Assembly (NCBI GenBank): GCA_963727525.1
Contig: CAVSGO010000007.1
Span: forward strand, 2,016,001 to 2,080,000
Origin: an uncultured bacterium
GTDB lineage: Bacteria; Krumholzibacteriota; Krumholzibacteriia; LZORAL124-64-63
Reading direction: 5' to 3'
Length of the DNA: 64,000 nucleotides
Shown: in pieces, positions 27,788 through 36,489 of the stretch
How the letters are laid out: each line of letters starts with the position of its first letter
Position numbering within the stretch: the first letter of the stretch is position 1
Program-made: the position numbers and the translations under genes
Notes under the pieces: generated by a model
Seen by the model: the letters and a program-made list of their open reading frames with translations, nothing else
Database searches by the model: none
Told to the model about the DNA's origin: nothing

Positions 27788-28882
27788 ATGCCGAGGAAGA
27801 TCATCGCGGACTTCGCGATCGAGCACCTGGAGATCCTCGACGTGGACGGCCGCGTCGACAAGGCACTCGAGCCCGATCTCCCCACGGACGACCTGCTGCG
27901 CCTCTATCGCGGCATGGTGCTGGCCCGGGAGATGGACGAGCGCATGTTCAAGCTGCAGCGCCAGGGCCGCCTCGGCACGTTCCCGCCCTGCATCGGTCAG
28001 GAAGCCGTGAGTACGGCCGCCGCCCTCGCCATGCAACCCGACGACTGGTTCGTGGGCGCGTTCCGCGAGCTCGGCGGGCGGCTGCTGCGCGGCGAGCCGC
28101 TCACGTCCACGCTCTACTACTACAACGGCTGGGAAGAGGGCAACGTCCTGCCGCCACAGGTCGCCCGGCGCATGCTGCCCATCGCCGTGGTCGTGGCCAG
28201 CCAGATCCCTCAGGCCGCCGGCATCGGCTACGCCGTCAAGCTGCGCGGGGCGCCCGAGGCCGTGGTGTGTTTCATGGGTGACGGCGCCACCAGCGAGGGC
28301 GACTTCTACGAGGGTCTCAACTTCGCCGCCGTGTGGCAGGCGCCGGTCGTGTTCATCAGCCAGAACAACCAGTGGGCGATCTCCGTCCCCCGCGAAAAGC
28401 AGACGCGCTCGGCAACGCTCGCGCAGAAGGGCATTGCCGCGGGCATGCCATGTCTGCAGGTGGACGGCAACGATCCGTTGGCCTGCTACGTCGCGGTGAA
28501 GGACGCGCTCGACCACGCCCGCGCCGGCCACGGCCCCACGTTCATCGAGGCCGTCACCTATCGTCTCACCGTGCACACCACTGCAGACGACCCGCGCAAG
28601 TACCGCAGCGAGGCCGAGGAGCAGGAATGGTGGCGGCGCGAGCCCCTGAGCCGCATGCAGAAGTACCTGGAAGCGAGGAAACTCTGGGACGACGAGCGCG
28701 AGGCGACCTTGCGCGCGGAAATCCGGTCCGAGATCGACGTGGCCGTCAAGACCTTCGAGGCGGAGACGAACTTCGCCACCGACCTGCCCTTCAGCCACAT
28801 CTATGCCGAAACCCCGCCGGCGATCGAGCGGCAGCGCCAGGAGTTTCTTTCCAGCCTCACGGAGGTGACCGGCGATGCCTAA
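27788..28882 (+). CDS. pdhA: 2-oxoacid (pyruvate-type) dehydrogenase E1 alpha subunit
   Basis: Motifs LQRQGR, GQEA, GDGATSEGDF.E.LN.A...NNQWAIS (TPP binding), VDGND and YRL..HTTADDP. AAGGA RBS. Confidence 0.92.
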   Translation: MPRKIIADFAIEHLEILDVDGRVDKALEPDLPTDDLLRLYRGMVLAREMDERMFKLQRQGRLGTFPPCIGQEAVSTAAALAMQPDDWFVGAFRELGGRLLRGEPLTSTLYYYNGWEEGNVLPPQVARRMLPIAVVVASQIPQAAGIGYAVKLRGAPEAVVCFMGDGATSEGDFYEGLNFAAVWQAPVVFISQNNQWAISVPREKQTRSATLAQKGIAAGMPCLQVDGNDPLACYVAVKDALDHARAGHGPTFIEAVTYRLTVHTTADDPRKYRSEAEEQEWWRREPLSRMQKYLEARKLWDDEREATLRAEIRSEIDVAVKTFEAETNFATDLPFSHIYAETPPAIERQRQEFLSSLTEVTGDA

Positions 28883-29855
28883 GCTCACGATGGTGCAGGC
28901 CATCAACCTCGCGCTGAAGCAGGAGATGGCACGCGATGAGAACGTGATCGTGCTCGGCGAGGATGTCGGTCGCGACGGCGGCGTATTCCGCGTCACCGAG
29001 GGTCTGCTGGACGAGTTCGGCGAGGCGCGCGTGATGGACACGCCCCTGGCCGAGTCGGGCATCCTCGGCACGTCGCTCGGCATGGCGATGGCGGGTCTGC
29101 GCCCGGTCGCGGAGATGCAGTTCAGCGGCTTCAGCTACCTGATGTTCCACCAGTGGGAAGGCAACGTCACCCGCATGCGCAGTCGCACGCAGGGCCACTT
29201 CACGGCACCCCTCGTGGTGCGCATGCCCTACGGTGGCGGGGTGCGCGCCCTCGAGCATCACAGCGAGAGCCGGGAAGCGACGTATGCCCACATCCCCGGC
29301 GGCAAGGTGGTGATCCCCAGCGGGCCGCGCAACGCGCGCGCCCTCCTGGTGGCCGCGATCCGTGATCCGGACCCGGTGGTGTTCATGGAACCCAAGCACA
29401 GCTACCGGTCGTTCCGCGAGGATGTGCCCGAGGCGGAGGAGGTGATGCCCCTCGGTCAGGCGCAGGTCGTACAGCCGGGCGATCAGCTCACGGTGGTGTC
29501 CTGGGGCGCGATGATGCGTCCCACCCTCAAGGCCGTGGCCGAGGTCGGCGAAAAGCGCGGCGCGAGCATCGAGGTCATCGACATGCTCTCGATCGCTCCG
29601 CTCGACGGCGCCGCGGTCGTCGCGTCGGTGAAGAAGACGGGACGCTGCGTCGTGGTGCAGGAAGCGCCGCGCAGTTTCGGCGTGGCCTCCGAGATTATCG
29701 CTTGCCTCAACGACGACGCCTTGCTCTATCTCGAAGCCCCGGTAAAACGTCTCACGGGATTCGACGTGGTGATGCCGTACTTCGGTCGCGAGAAGAACTA
29801 CATCCCGACGGTGCCCCGGATCGTCGCCGCGATCCACGAGACCCTCGACTTCTAG
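28875..29855 (+). CDS. pdhB: 2-oxoacid dehydrogenase E1 beta subunit
   Basis: Motifs GEDVGRDGGVFRVTEGL, DTPLAE, EMQF, GGGVRALEHHSE and DPVVFMEPK. Confidence 0.93.
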   Translation: MPKLTMVQAINLALKQEMARDENVIVLGEDVGRDGGVFRVTEGLLDEFGEARVMDTPLAESGILGTSLGMAMAGLRPVAEMQFSGFSYLMFHQWEGNVTRMRSRTQGHFTAPLVVRMPYGGGVRALEHHSESREATYAHIPGGKVVIPSGPRNARALLVAAIRDPDPVVFMEPKHSYRSFREDVPEAEEVMPLGQAQVVQPGDQLTVVSWGAMMRPTLKAVAEVGEKRGASIEVIDMLSIAPLDGAAVVASVKKTGRCVVVQEAPRSFGVASEIIACLNDDALLYLEAPVKRLTGFDVVMPYFGREKNYIPTVPRIVAAIHETLDF

Positions 29856-29864
29856 GAGGCCGAC

Positions 29865-31199
29865 GTGTTCGAGTTCAAGCTCCCCGATCTCGGCGAGGGC
29901 ATCCACGAGGGCGAGATCCTCAAGTGGCACGTGGCGGTGGGCGGCGCGATCGTCGAGGACGCACCCCTCGTCGACGTGGAAACCGACAAGGCGGCCGTCA
30001 CCATCCCCTCGCCGCGCGGCGGCAAGGTGGTCCGCCTGAACGGCAACGTGGGCGACACGGTGAACGTGGGCGACGTCATCATCAGCATCGACGACGGCAA
30101 GGACGCCGCGACGGCGGTGGCTTCATCGGCCGTGGCCGCGGCCGCGCCGGCGGCGGCCACGGTGCCCGCCACGCCGACGCCGGCCATCGCGCCCGGCCGC
30201 CGGCGGCCGGTGCCCGCCGCGCCGGCCACGCGCCGCCTCGCCCGGGAACTGGGTGTGGCCATCGACACGGTGCCACCGAGCGGCCCGGCCGGTCGGGTGA
30301 CGGCCGACGACGTGCGCCGCGTCGCCGCCGGCGGTGTCCCCATTGCCGCGAAGACCGCGGAGGTGCTGCCGGACGGTCATGTGACCGCGCACGATGTGCG
30401 GGACGACCGCGCGTTTGCCGAGTTCGCCGCCCACGCCGCGGCCACCATCCCCTTCCTCGAGCTGGAGCCCCTGCCCGATTTCCGCCACGAGGGCCCGGTC
30501 GAGATCGAACCCCTGCGCTCGATCCGCCGCAAGGTCGCGCGCAAGATGGTCACGAGCATGGCCCTGGTGCCGCATGTGGCCCACATGGACGAGGCCGACG
30601 TCTCCGCGCTCGAACGCTTCCGTCGCCAGCAGAAGGAGAAGAATCCCGACGATCCGGGGCTCGGCTCGCTCACGTTGCTGGCCTTCGTGATCAAGGCCGT
30701 CACGGCGGGGCTGCGCGCGGCGCCGTCGTTCAACGCCAGTCTCGATCCGTTCAAGGAAGAGATCATCTACAAGAAGTACTACAACATCGGCTTCGCGACG
30801 GACACGGGGCGCGGACTGCTGGTACCGGTGATCCGCGATACCGACCGCAAGAGCCTGCGCGAGATCTCGGCCGAGGTGGCGCACAAGGCGGCGGCCGCGC
30901 GCGAGGGCAAGCTGCCGGTGGAGGACATGCGCGCCGGCACGTTCACGATCACCAACGTCGGCCCGCTCGGCGGCACGGCGCTGCTGGCCACGATCAACTA
31001 CCCCGAGGTGGCGATCCTCGCCATGGGCCGCGCACAGAAGAAGCCGGTGGTGCGCGACGGCGAGATCGTGGTGCGCACGATGCTGCCGCTCACGCTGGCC
31101 TTCGATCACCGCATCGCCGACGGCGCCGATGCGGCGCGCTTCGTCAGCGAGCTGATCCGCCACCTCTCGGACCCGAACCTGCTCTTGCTCGAGACGTGA
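29865..31199 (+). CDS. pdhC: Dihydrolipoamide acyltransferase E2 (one lipoyl domain)
   Basis: FKLPDLGEGIHEGEI, VETDKA (lipoyl lysine), PATRRLARELGV subunit-binding domain, TFTITN and DHRIADG. Confidence 0.93.
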   Translation: MFEFKLPDLGEGIHEGEILKWHVAVGGAIVEDAPLVDVETDKAAVTIPSPRGGKVVRLNGNVGDTVNVGDVIISIDDGKDAATAVASSAVAAAAPAAATVPATPTPAIAPGRRRPVPAAPATRRLARELGVAIDTVPPSGPAGRVTADDVRRVAAGGVPIAAKTAEVLPDGHVTAHDVRDDRAFAEFAAHAAATIPFLELEPLPDFRHEGPVEIEPLRSIRRKVARKMVTSMALVPHVAHMDEADVSALERFRRQQKEKNPDDPGLGSLTLLAFVIKAVTAGLRAAPSFNASLDPFKEEIIYKKYYNIGFATDTGRGLLVPVIRDTDRKSLREISAEVAHKAAAAREGKLPVEDMRAGTFTITNVGPLGGTALLATINYPEVAILAMGRAQKKPVVRDGEIVVRTMLPLTLAFDHRIADGADAARFVSELIRHLSDPNLLLLET

Positions 31200-31233
31200 T
31201 GACCTCACCCGTTCGCGGCGCAAGGAGAGCCTC

Positions 31234-32655
31234 ATGGTGATGGGAAGTCTGCGCGAGGAGACCCAGGTCGCCGTCATCGGCAGCGGCCCGGGCGGATACG
31301 TGGCTGCGCTGCGCCTGGCCGACCTCGGCCTCGAGGTGCTGCTCATCGAGGAGCGCGAACGTGACGGCGGCACCTGTCTGCTCGAGGGTTGCATCCCCTC
31401 GAAGGCGCTGATCAACGCCGTCGAGGTGAAGGACGCCGCCGTGGCCGGCACGCAGTTCGGACTCGACGTCGGCTCGTGGCAGATCGACCTGCCGAAGCTG
31501 CGCACCTGGACGGAAGGGATCGTGGCGGGCCTCTCCACCGGCGTCGCCGGATTGCTCAAGCGCCGCGGGGTGCAGGTGCTGCGCGGGCGCGCCCGCTTCA
31601 GCTCGAGCACGAGCCTGGAGCTCGCGGGCGGCGAGGTGAGCGGCGTCGATTTCCAGCACGCCATCATCGCCACCGGATCGAGCCTGGCGCGCCTACCCGA
31701 GGGCATGACGCGCGCCGTATGGTCGAGCGCCGACGCGCTCAAGCTTCCGCGCATACCCGGGTCGCTTCTCGTGGTGGGCGGCGGCTACATCGGCCTGGAA
31801 CTGGGACTCGTCTACCAGGGCCTGGGCAGCCAGGTCTCGGTGGTGGAGTTCTTCCCCCGCCTGCTCATGGGTGCCGATCAGGACCTCGTGGACATCATGG
31901 TGAAGCACGTGAGCGGCCGGCTCGAACACGTCATGGTCGAGAGCAGGGTGGAACGCATCGTCGAGGCGGAGGGCGGCGGGTTCACCGTCACGATCGCGCA
32001 CGAAGGCGACGTCACGGCGCAACATTTCGACCAAGTACTCGTGGCCATCGGCCGGCGGCCCAACACCGACAACATCGGACTGGAGCATACGAAGGTGGGT
32101 GTGGACGAACGCGGCGTGATCCGCACCGACGAATCGTGCCGCACCGACGATCCGCATATCTTCGCCATCGGCGACGTGACGGCCGGGCCCATGCTGGCCC
32201 ACAAGGCGAGCCGCGAAGCGAAGGTTGCCGCCGAGGTCATCGCGGGTCATCCCGCAGCCTTCGACAACCGCGCGATCCCCGCCGTGGTCTACACCGACCC
32301 GGAGATTGCGTGGGTCGGGATCACCGAGCGCGAGGCGGCCGCGGCCGAGCGGGCCGTGAAGGTGGGTCGCTTCCCGATGTCGGCCCTGGGACGTGCGCGC
32401 ACCCTCGGGCGGACCGACGGCCTGGTGAAGGTCATCTGCGACCCCGAAGACGAACTGATCCTCGGCGTGGGCATCGTGGCACCGCACGCGAGCGAGCTGA
32501 TCGCCGAGGCCGCGCTCGCGATCGAGATGGGCGCCACCCTGCAGGATCTCATTGCCACCATCCATCCCCATCCCTCGCTCTCGGAGGCGATCATGGAGGC
32601 GGCCGAGGCGGCGGCGGGCGAGGCCATCCACATCAATCCGCCGCGCAAGTCGTGA
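31234..32655 (+). CDS. lpdA: Dihydrolipoamide dehydrogenase E3
   Basis: Motifs GSGPGGY, GGTCLLEGCIPSK, GGGYIGLE, MLAHKA and HPHPSLSE. Confidence 0.95.
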   Translation: MVMGSLREETQVAVIGSGPGGYVAALRLADLGLEVLLIEERERDGGTCLLEGCIPSKALINAVEVKDAAVAGTQFGLDVGSWQIDLPKLRTWTEGIVAGLSTGVAGLLKRRGVQVLRGRARFSSSTSLELAGGEVSGVDFQHAIIATGSSLARLPEGMTRAVWSSADALKLPRIPGSLLVVGGGYIGLELGLVYQGLGSQVSVVEFFPRLLMGADQDLVDIMVKHVSGRLEHVMVESRVERIVEAEGGGFTVTIAHEGDVTAQHFDQVLVAIGRRPNTDNIGLEHTKVGVDERGVIRTDESCRTDDPHIFAIGDVTAGPMLAHKASREAKVAAEVIAGHPAAFDNRAIPAVVYTDPEIAWVGITEREAAAAERAVKVGRFPMSALGRARTLGRTDGLVKVICDPEDELILGVGIVAPHASELIAEAALAIEMGATLQDLIATIHPHPSLSEAIMEAAEAAAGEAIHINPPRKS

Positions 32656-33323
32656 CCTCCGCCAGTGCCGCGCACGAGCCGCGCGAACTCGCGCCCTACG
32701 ACCGCGACGAGGCCCTGATCGCGACCGCCCGCAGCAGCGGCGGCGCGCAGCTCGCGGTCTATCCCCATGCGGGCCGCGCAGTGGTCGTCGGTCGGGGCGG
32801 CGATCCCGACGTGGAGACGCGACCTGCCGTGATCGCCGCCGACGGCGTCCCCCTGCTGCGCCGGCGTGGGGGCGGCTGCGCCGTGGTGCTTGACGAAGGC
32901 AACCTGGTGGTATCGCTCGCATTGCCGATGGCGGGCATCGGGGGCATCACGGGCGCGTTCACCGCGATCACGCGGTGGCTCGTCGCCGGCCTCGCCGACA
33001 GCGGCGTGCCGAGCGTGGTGCAGGCCGGCGTGAGCGATCTCGCGCTCGGCGATCGGAAGCTCGGCGGATCCTGCATCTGGCGAACCCGGGGCCTGGTGTA
33101 TTACACGACCACCCTCCTCGTCTGCCCCGCCTGGGATCTCATCACGCGGTATCTGCCGCATCCCCCGCGCGAACCCGCCTATCGCCGGGGCCGCGAACAC
33201 CGCGCGTTCCTGACCTGCCTCGAGGAACTGGGGCTGGAGGCTTCACCGGCCGCGTTCGGCGCCACCCTCCTGCCCGTGCTGACGGCCCGTCTCAACGCTC
33301 TCATGCGTGCCGTGGGGGCCTGA
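32652..33323 (+). CDS. Lipoate-protein ligase family protein (catalytic domain only)
   Basis: RRRGGGCAVVLD.GNL, DL..GDRKLGGS and P.REP.YR..R.H..FL. The GTG start overlaps the lpdA stop (GTGA). Confidence 0.82.
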   Translation: MTSASAAHEPRELAPYDRDEALIATARSSGGAQLAVYPHAGRAVVVGRGGDPDVETRPAVIAADGVPLLRRRGGGCAVVLDEGNLVVSLALPMAGIGGITGAFTAITRWLVAGLADSGVPSVVQAGVSDLALGDRKLGGSCIWRTRGLVYYTTTLLVCPAWDLITRYLPHPPREPAYRRGREHRAFLTCLEELGLEASPAAFGATLLPVLTARLNALMRAVGA

Positions 33324-33341
33324 GACAGCATCGATTCTCCC

Positions 33342-33369
33342 TTGTCGGCACCGTCGGATGCTGTATACT
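33342..33369 (+). promoter_or_regulatory. Sigma70-like promoter for the response regulator
   Basis: TTGTCG-N16-TATACT. Confidence 0.4.
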
Positions 33370-33438
33370 GGCCCCAGAAATGACGATACAGGTACGGAGT
33401 ATTGCCCCAACACGGTATCCCAGAAGGTTGAGTGAGCC

Positions 33439-34101
33439 ATGGAGTCGTACCGCATCCTGATCGTGGACGATCATCCGCTCGTTCGTTCCGGAATCGTCTC
33501 GATGCTGGAGCTAGAGCCAGACCTCACCGTCTGCGGGGAGGCGGAGGATCCTGCCGACGCGATGGATTCCATCGAGAAGCAGAAGCCGGATCTCGCGCTC
33601 GTCGATATCTCGCTGCGCGGCGGTACCAGCGGGCTGGAGCTGCTCAAGGCGATCCGTCAGAAGTACCCGCGGTTGAAGACGCTCGCCGTCTCGATGCACG
33701 ACGAGGAAGTGTACGCTCTGCGCGCGCTCAAGGCGGGTGCGCAGGGCTACATCATGAAGCAGGAGGGTACGGAGCGTATCCGCGAGGCCATCCGCTGTGT
33801 CCTCGAGGGTCGCACCTATCTCAGTGAAGGCATGACGCAGGCGGCCGTCGACCAGCTCGGCCAGAGCGGCATTCCGCGCGATACCTCGCCGTCGACCGTC
33901 CTCAGCGACCGTGAACTCGAGCTGTTCGAGCTGACGGGACAGGGCAAGGAGATCAACGAGATCGCCAAGATCATGAATATCAGCCCCCGCACCGTCGAGG
34001 TGCACCGCTCTCACATCAAGAAGAAGCTGGGCCTGAAAACGAGCACCGACATCTTTCAGAACGCATACGAGTGGCTCCGGGAACGCGGCATGAAACCATG
34101 A
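33439..34101 (+). CDS. NarL/LuxR family response regulator (REC plus HTH), no adjacent kinase
   Basis: ILIVDDHPLVR, PDLALVDISL (phospho-Asp), SMHDE, GYIMK and LSDRELE...ISPRTVEVHRSHIKKKL. Confidence 0.95.
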   Translation: MESYRILIVDDHPLVRSGIVSMLELEPDLTVCGEAEDPADAMDSIEKQKPDLALVDISLRGGTSGLELLKAIRQKYPRLKTLAVSMHDEEVYALRALKAGAQGYIMKQEGTERIREAIRCVLEGRTYLSEGMTQAAVDQLGQSGIPRDTSPSTVLSDRELELFELTGQGKEINEIAKIMNISPRTVEVHRSHIKKKLGLKTSTDIFQNAYEWLRERGMKP

Positions 34102-34127
34102 CCGTTGGTTCCGACAGTGCAACACGA

Positions 34128-34161
34128 GAGGCGGACCTCGAACGGGCCGCCTCGTTTTTTT
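34128..34161 (+). terminator. Rho-independent terminator
   Basis: GAGGCGG...CCGCCTC stem followed by GTTTTTTT. Confidence 0.75.
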
Positions 34162-34305
34162 GGAACTGGCTAGCGAGCCCCGCAAAACTCCTAGTCAAGA
34201 GATAAAATTAGTGTTAAGAGTTCGCTGGAGATGTGGTAATAACAAGATGAGCCTGGTCGGGAGTGGAAGGCGGGTCGATTCACACCATCGTGTAAGGAGG
34301 CCGGA

Positions 34306-34560
34306 ATGAGTAGTAGGGCTCACGAATACTGGATGGCCAACATCCGTCTCGTAGTTGGGTGCATCGCCGTCTGGTTCCTGGTCTCGTTCGGGTTCGGCAT
34401 CCTTCTCGCCGAACCGCTGAATAGCATCAAAATCGGGGGATACAAGCTGGGCTTCTGGTTCGCCCAGCAGGGTTCGATCTACACGTTCGTGGCCCTGATC
34501 TTCTTCTACGCGCATCGCATGAACATCCTGGACCGCAGATACAACGTGCACGAGGACTGA
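34306..34560 (+). CDS. DUF4212 small membrane subunit of a solute:sodium symporter
   Basis: YW.AN..L, WFLVSFG and GG..LGFWFAQQGSI..F..LIF.Y..RM..LD. AAGGAGG RBS. Confidence 0.92.
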   Translation: MSSRAHEYWMANIRLVVGCIAVWFLVSFGFGILLAEPLNSIKIGGYKLGFWFAQQGSIYTFVALIFFYAHRMNILDRRYNVHED

Positions 34561-34652
34561 TCAATTCTGCTCCTGGCGGACGTGACCGGGACCCGGTCGT
34601 CAGCCAACGAGCGCTCGCGTTCGGGACGTTCAAAGAGAAGGAGAGCGGCTCC

Positions 34653-36422
34653 ATGGACCTCAAGACCATGACCTTCGTGGTGGTCGGACTGACCTTCGCG
34701 ATCTACATCTACATCGCCATCCGCGCCCGCGCCGTCAGCACGTCGGAGTTCTACGTGGCCGGCAAGGGTGTCCATCCCGTGCTCAACGGCATGGCCACGG
34801 GCGCCGACTGGATGTCGGCGGCGTCGTTCATCTCCATGGCCGGCATCATCGCCTTCAGCGGTTACGGCGCGTCGGCCTACCTGATGGGCTGGACCGGAGG
34901 CTACGTATTGCTGGCCATGCTCCTGGCTCCGTACCTGCGCAAGTACGGCAAGTTCACGGTGCCGGAGTTCATCGGCGACCGCTTCTACTCCAAGAGCGCG
35001 CGTGGCGTCGCGATCCTATGCCTGATCGTCGCCTCGCTGACTTACGTGATCGGCCAGATGAAGGGCGTGGGCGTGGCCTTCTCGCGCTTCCTCGAGGTGC
35101 CGTTCGCGACGGGCGTCTACGTGGGCATGGGCATTGTCTTCATCTACGCCGTGCTCGGCGGCATGAAAGGCATCACCTACACGCAGATCGCACAGTACTG
35201 CGTCCTCATCTTCGCCTACACGGTTCCCGCCATCTTCATCTCGATGCAGCTCACCGGCAACCCGATCCCCCAGCTCGGTCTGGGCGGGACGCTCTCGGGG
35301 ACCAACGTGCACCTGCTCGACAAACTCGATCTGATCTGCACAGACCTTGGTTTCGCCCAGTACACGACGCAGAAAGGGTCCATGCAGGACATGTTCCTGC
35401 TGACGTTGACGCTCATGATCGGCACCGCCGGATTGCCCCACGTGATCACGCGCTTCTTCACGGTGCCGCGCGTTCGCGATGCGCGCTCGTCGGCCGGCTG
35501 GGCCCTCGTGTTCATCGCCATCCTCTACACCACGGCACCGGCCGTGGCCGCGATGGCCCGCCTCAATTTCATGCACACCGTGCAGACGGGCGAGATCGGC
35601 GCTCCCAATGGCAACCTGCTCATCGCCAACGCGCCGGCGTGGTTCAACAACTGGGAGAAGACCGGCCTGCTGCAGGTCGAGGACAAGAACGGCGATGGCC
35701 GCATCCAGTACTACGGCCCGGGCCTCGACGCCAAGGCGGCCGCGTTCGGCTGGAAGGGCAACGAGATGGTAAAGGTCGACCGTGACATCATGGTACTGGC
35801 CAACCCGGAGATCGCGGGGCTGCCCAACTGGGTCATCGCGCTCGTGGCTGCCGGCGGCATCGCCGCGGCACTCTCCACGGCGGCCGGTTTACTGTTAGCG
35901 ATCGCGTCGGCCATATCGCACGACCTGTTCAAGGGCATCTTCACGCCCAACATCTCCGAACGTACGGAACTGAGGGTGGGCCGCGCCTCCATGGCGGTGG
36001 CGATCGTCGTCGCCGGCATCCTGGGGCTCAATCCACCGGGCTTCGCGGCCCAGGTCGTGGCGCTGGCCTTCGGCCTGGCGGCGTCGTCGATCTTCCCGGC
36101 GATCATGATGGGCATCTTCAATCGGCGCATGAACAAATCCGGCGCCATTGCCGGCATGCTCGCCGGTCTGCTCTTCACGATCGTCTACATCTTCCTCTAC
36201 AAGGGCTGGTTCTTCGTCAAGGGCACGAACGTGCTGCCGGACGACAAGGCCCACTGGTTGCTCGGCATCTCGCCGGGCTCGATCGGCGCGATCGGCGCGC
36301 TCATCAACTTCATCGTGGCCTGGATCGTATCGAAGGTCACTCCGCCGCCGCCTGAGCACATCCAGGCGATGGTGGAGGACATCCGCGTGCCGGTGGGCTC
36401 GCGCGGCGCGACGGAACACTAG
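34653..36422 (+). CDS. Sodium:solute symporter (ActP-related, probable acetate/monocarboxylate permease)
   Basis: Motifs FYVAG, NGMATGADWMSAASF, GKFTVPEFIGDRF, GGMKGITYTQ, GTAGLPH, RFFTVP and AAALSTAAGLL. Confidence 0.93.
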   Translation: MDLKTMTFVVVGLTFAIYIYIAIRARAVSTSEFYVAGKGVHPVLNGMATGADWMSAASFISMAGIIAFSGYGASAYLMGWTGGYVLLAMLLAPYLRKYGKFTVPEFIGDRFYSKSARGVAILCLIVASLTYVIGQMKGVGVAFSRFLEVPFATGVYVGMGIVFIYAVLGGMKGITYTQIAQYCVLIFAYTVPAIFISMQLTGNPIPQLGLGGTLSGTNVHLLDKLDLICTDLGFAQYTTQKGSMQDMFLLTLTLMIGTAGLPHVITRFFTVPRVRDARSSAGWALVFIAILYTTAPAVAAMARLNFMHTVQTGEIGAPNGNLLIANAPAWFNNWEKTGLLQVEDKNGDGRIQYYGPGLDAKAAAFGWKGNEMVKVDRDIMVLANPEIAGLPNWVIALVAAGGIAAALSTAAGLLLAIASAISHDLFKGIFTPNISERTELRVGRASMAVAIVVAGILGLNPPGFAAQVVALAFGLAASSIFPAIMMGIFNRRMNKSGAIAGMLAGLLFTIVYIFLYKGWFFVKGTNVLPDDKAHWLLGISPGSIGAIGALINFIVAWIVSKVTPPPPEHIQAMVEDIRVPVGSRGATEH

Positions 36423-36443
36423 GTCGTCAACGACCATCGAGAC

Positions 36444-36469
36444 AGGGCGCCGGCTTCGGCCGGCGCCCT
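36444..36469. terminator. Hairpin with cUUCGg tetraloop between convergent genes
   Basis: AGGGCGCCGGC-TTCG-GCCGGCGCCCT, a perfect 11-bp stem. Confidence 0.65.
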
Positions 36470-36489
36470 CCAGCGTCTGTATGGCCGGG

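Noticed and set aside
31389-32651. 644-aa ORF suggesting a large lipoate ligase fusion
   Set aside because: The upstream part is off-frame within lpdA. Only 32652..33323 has ligase motifs.
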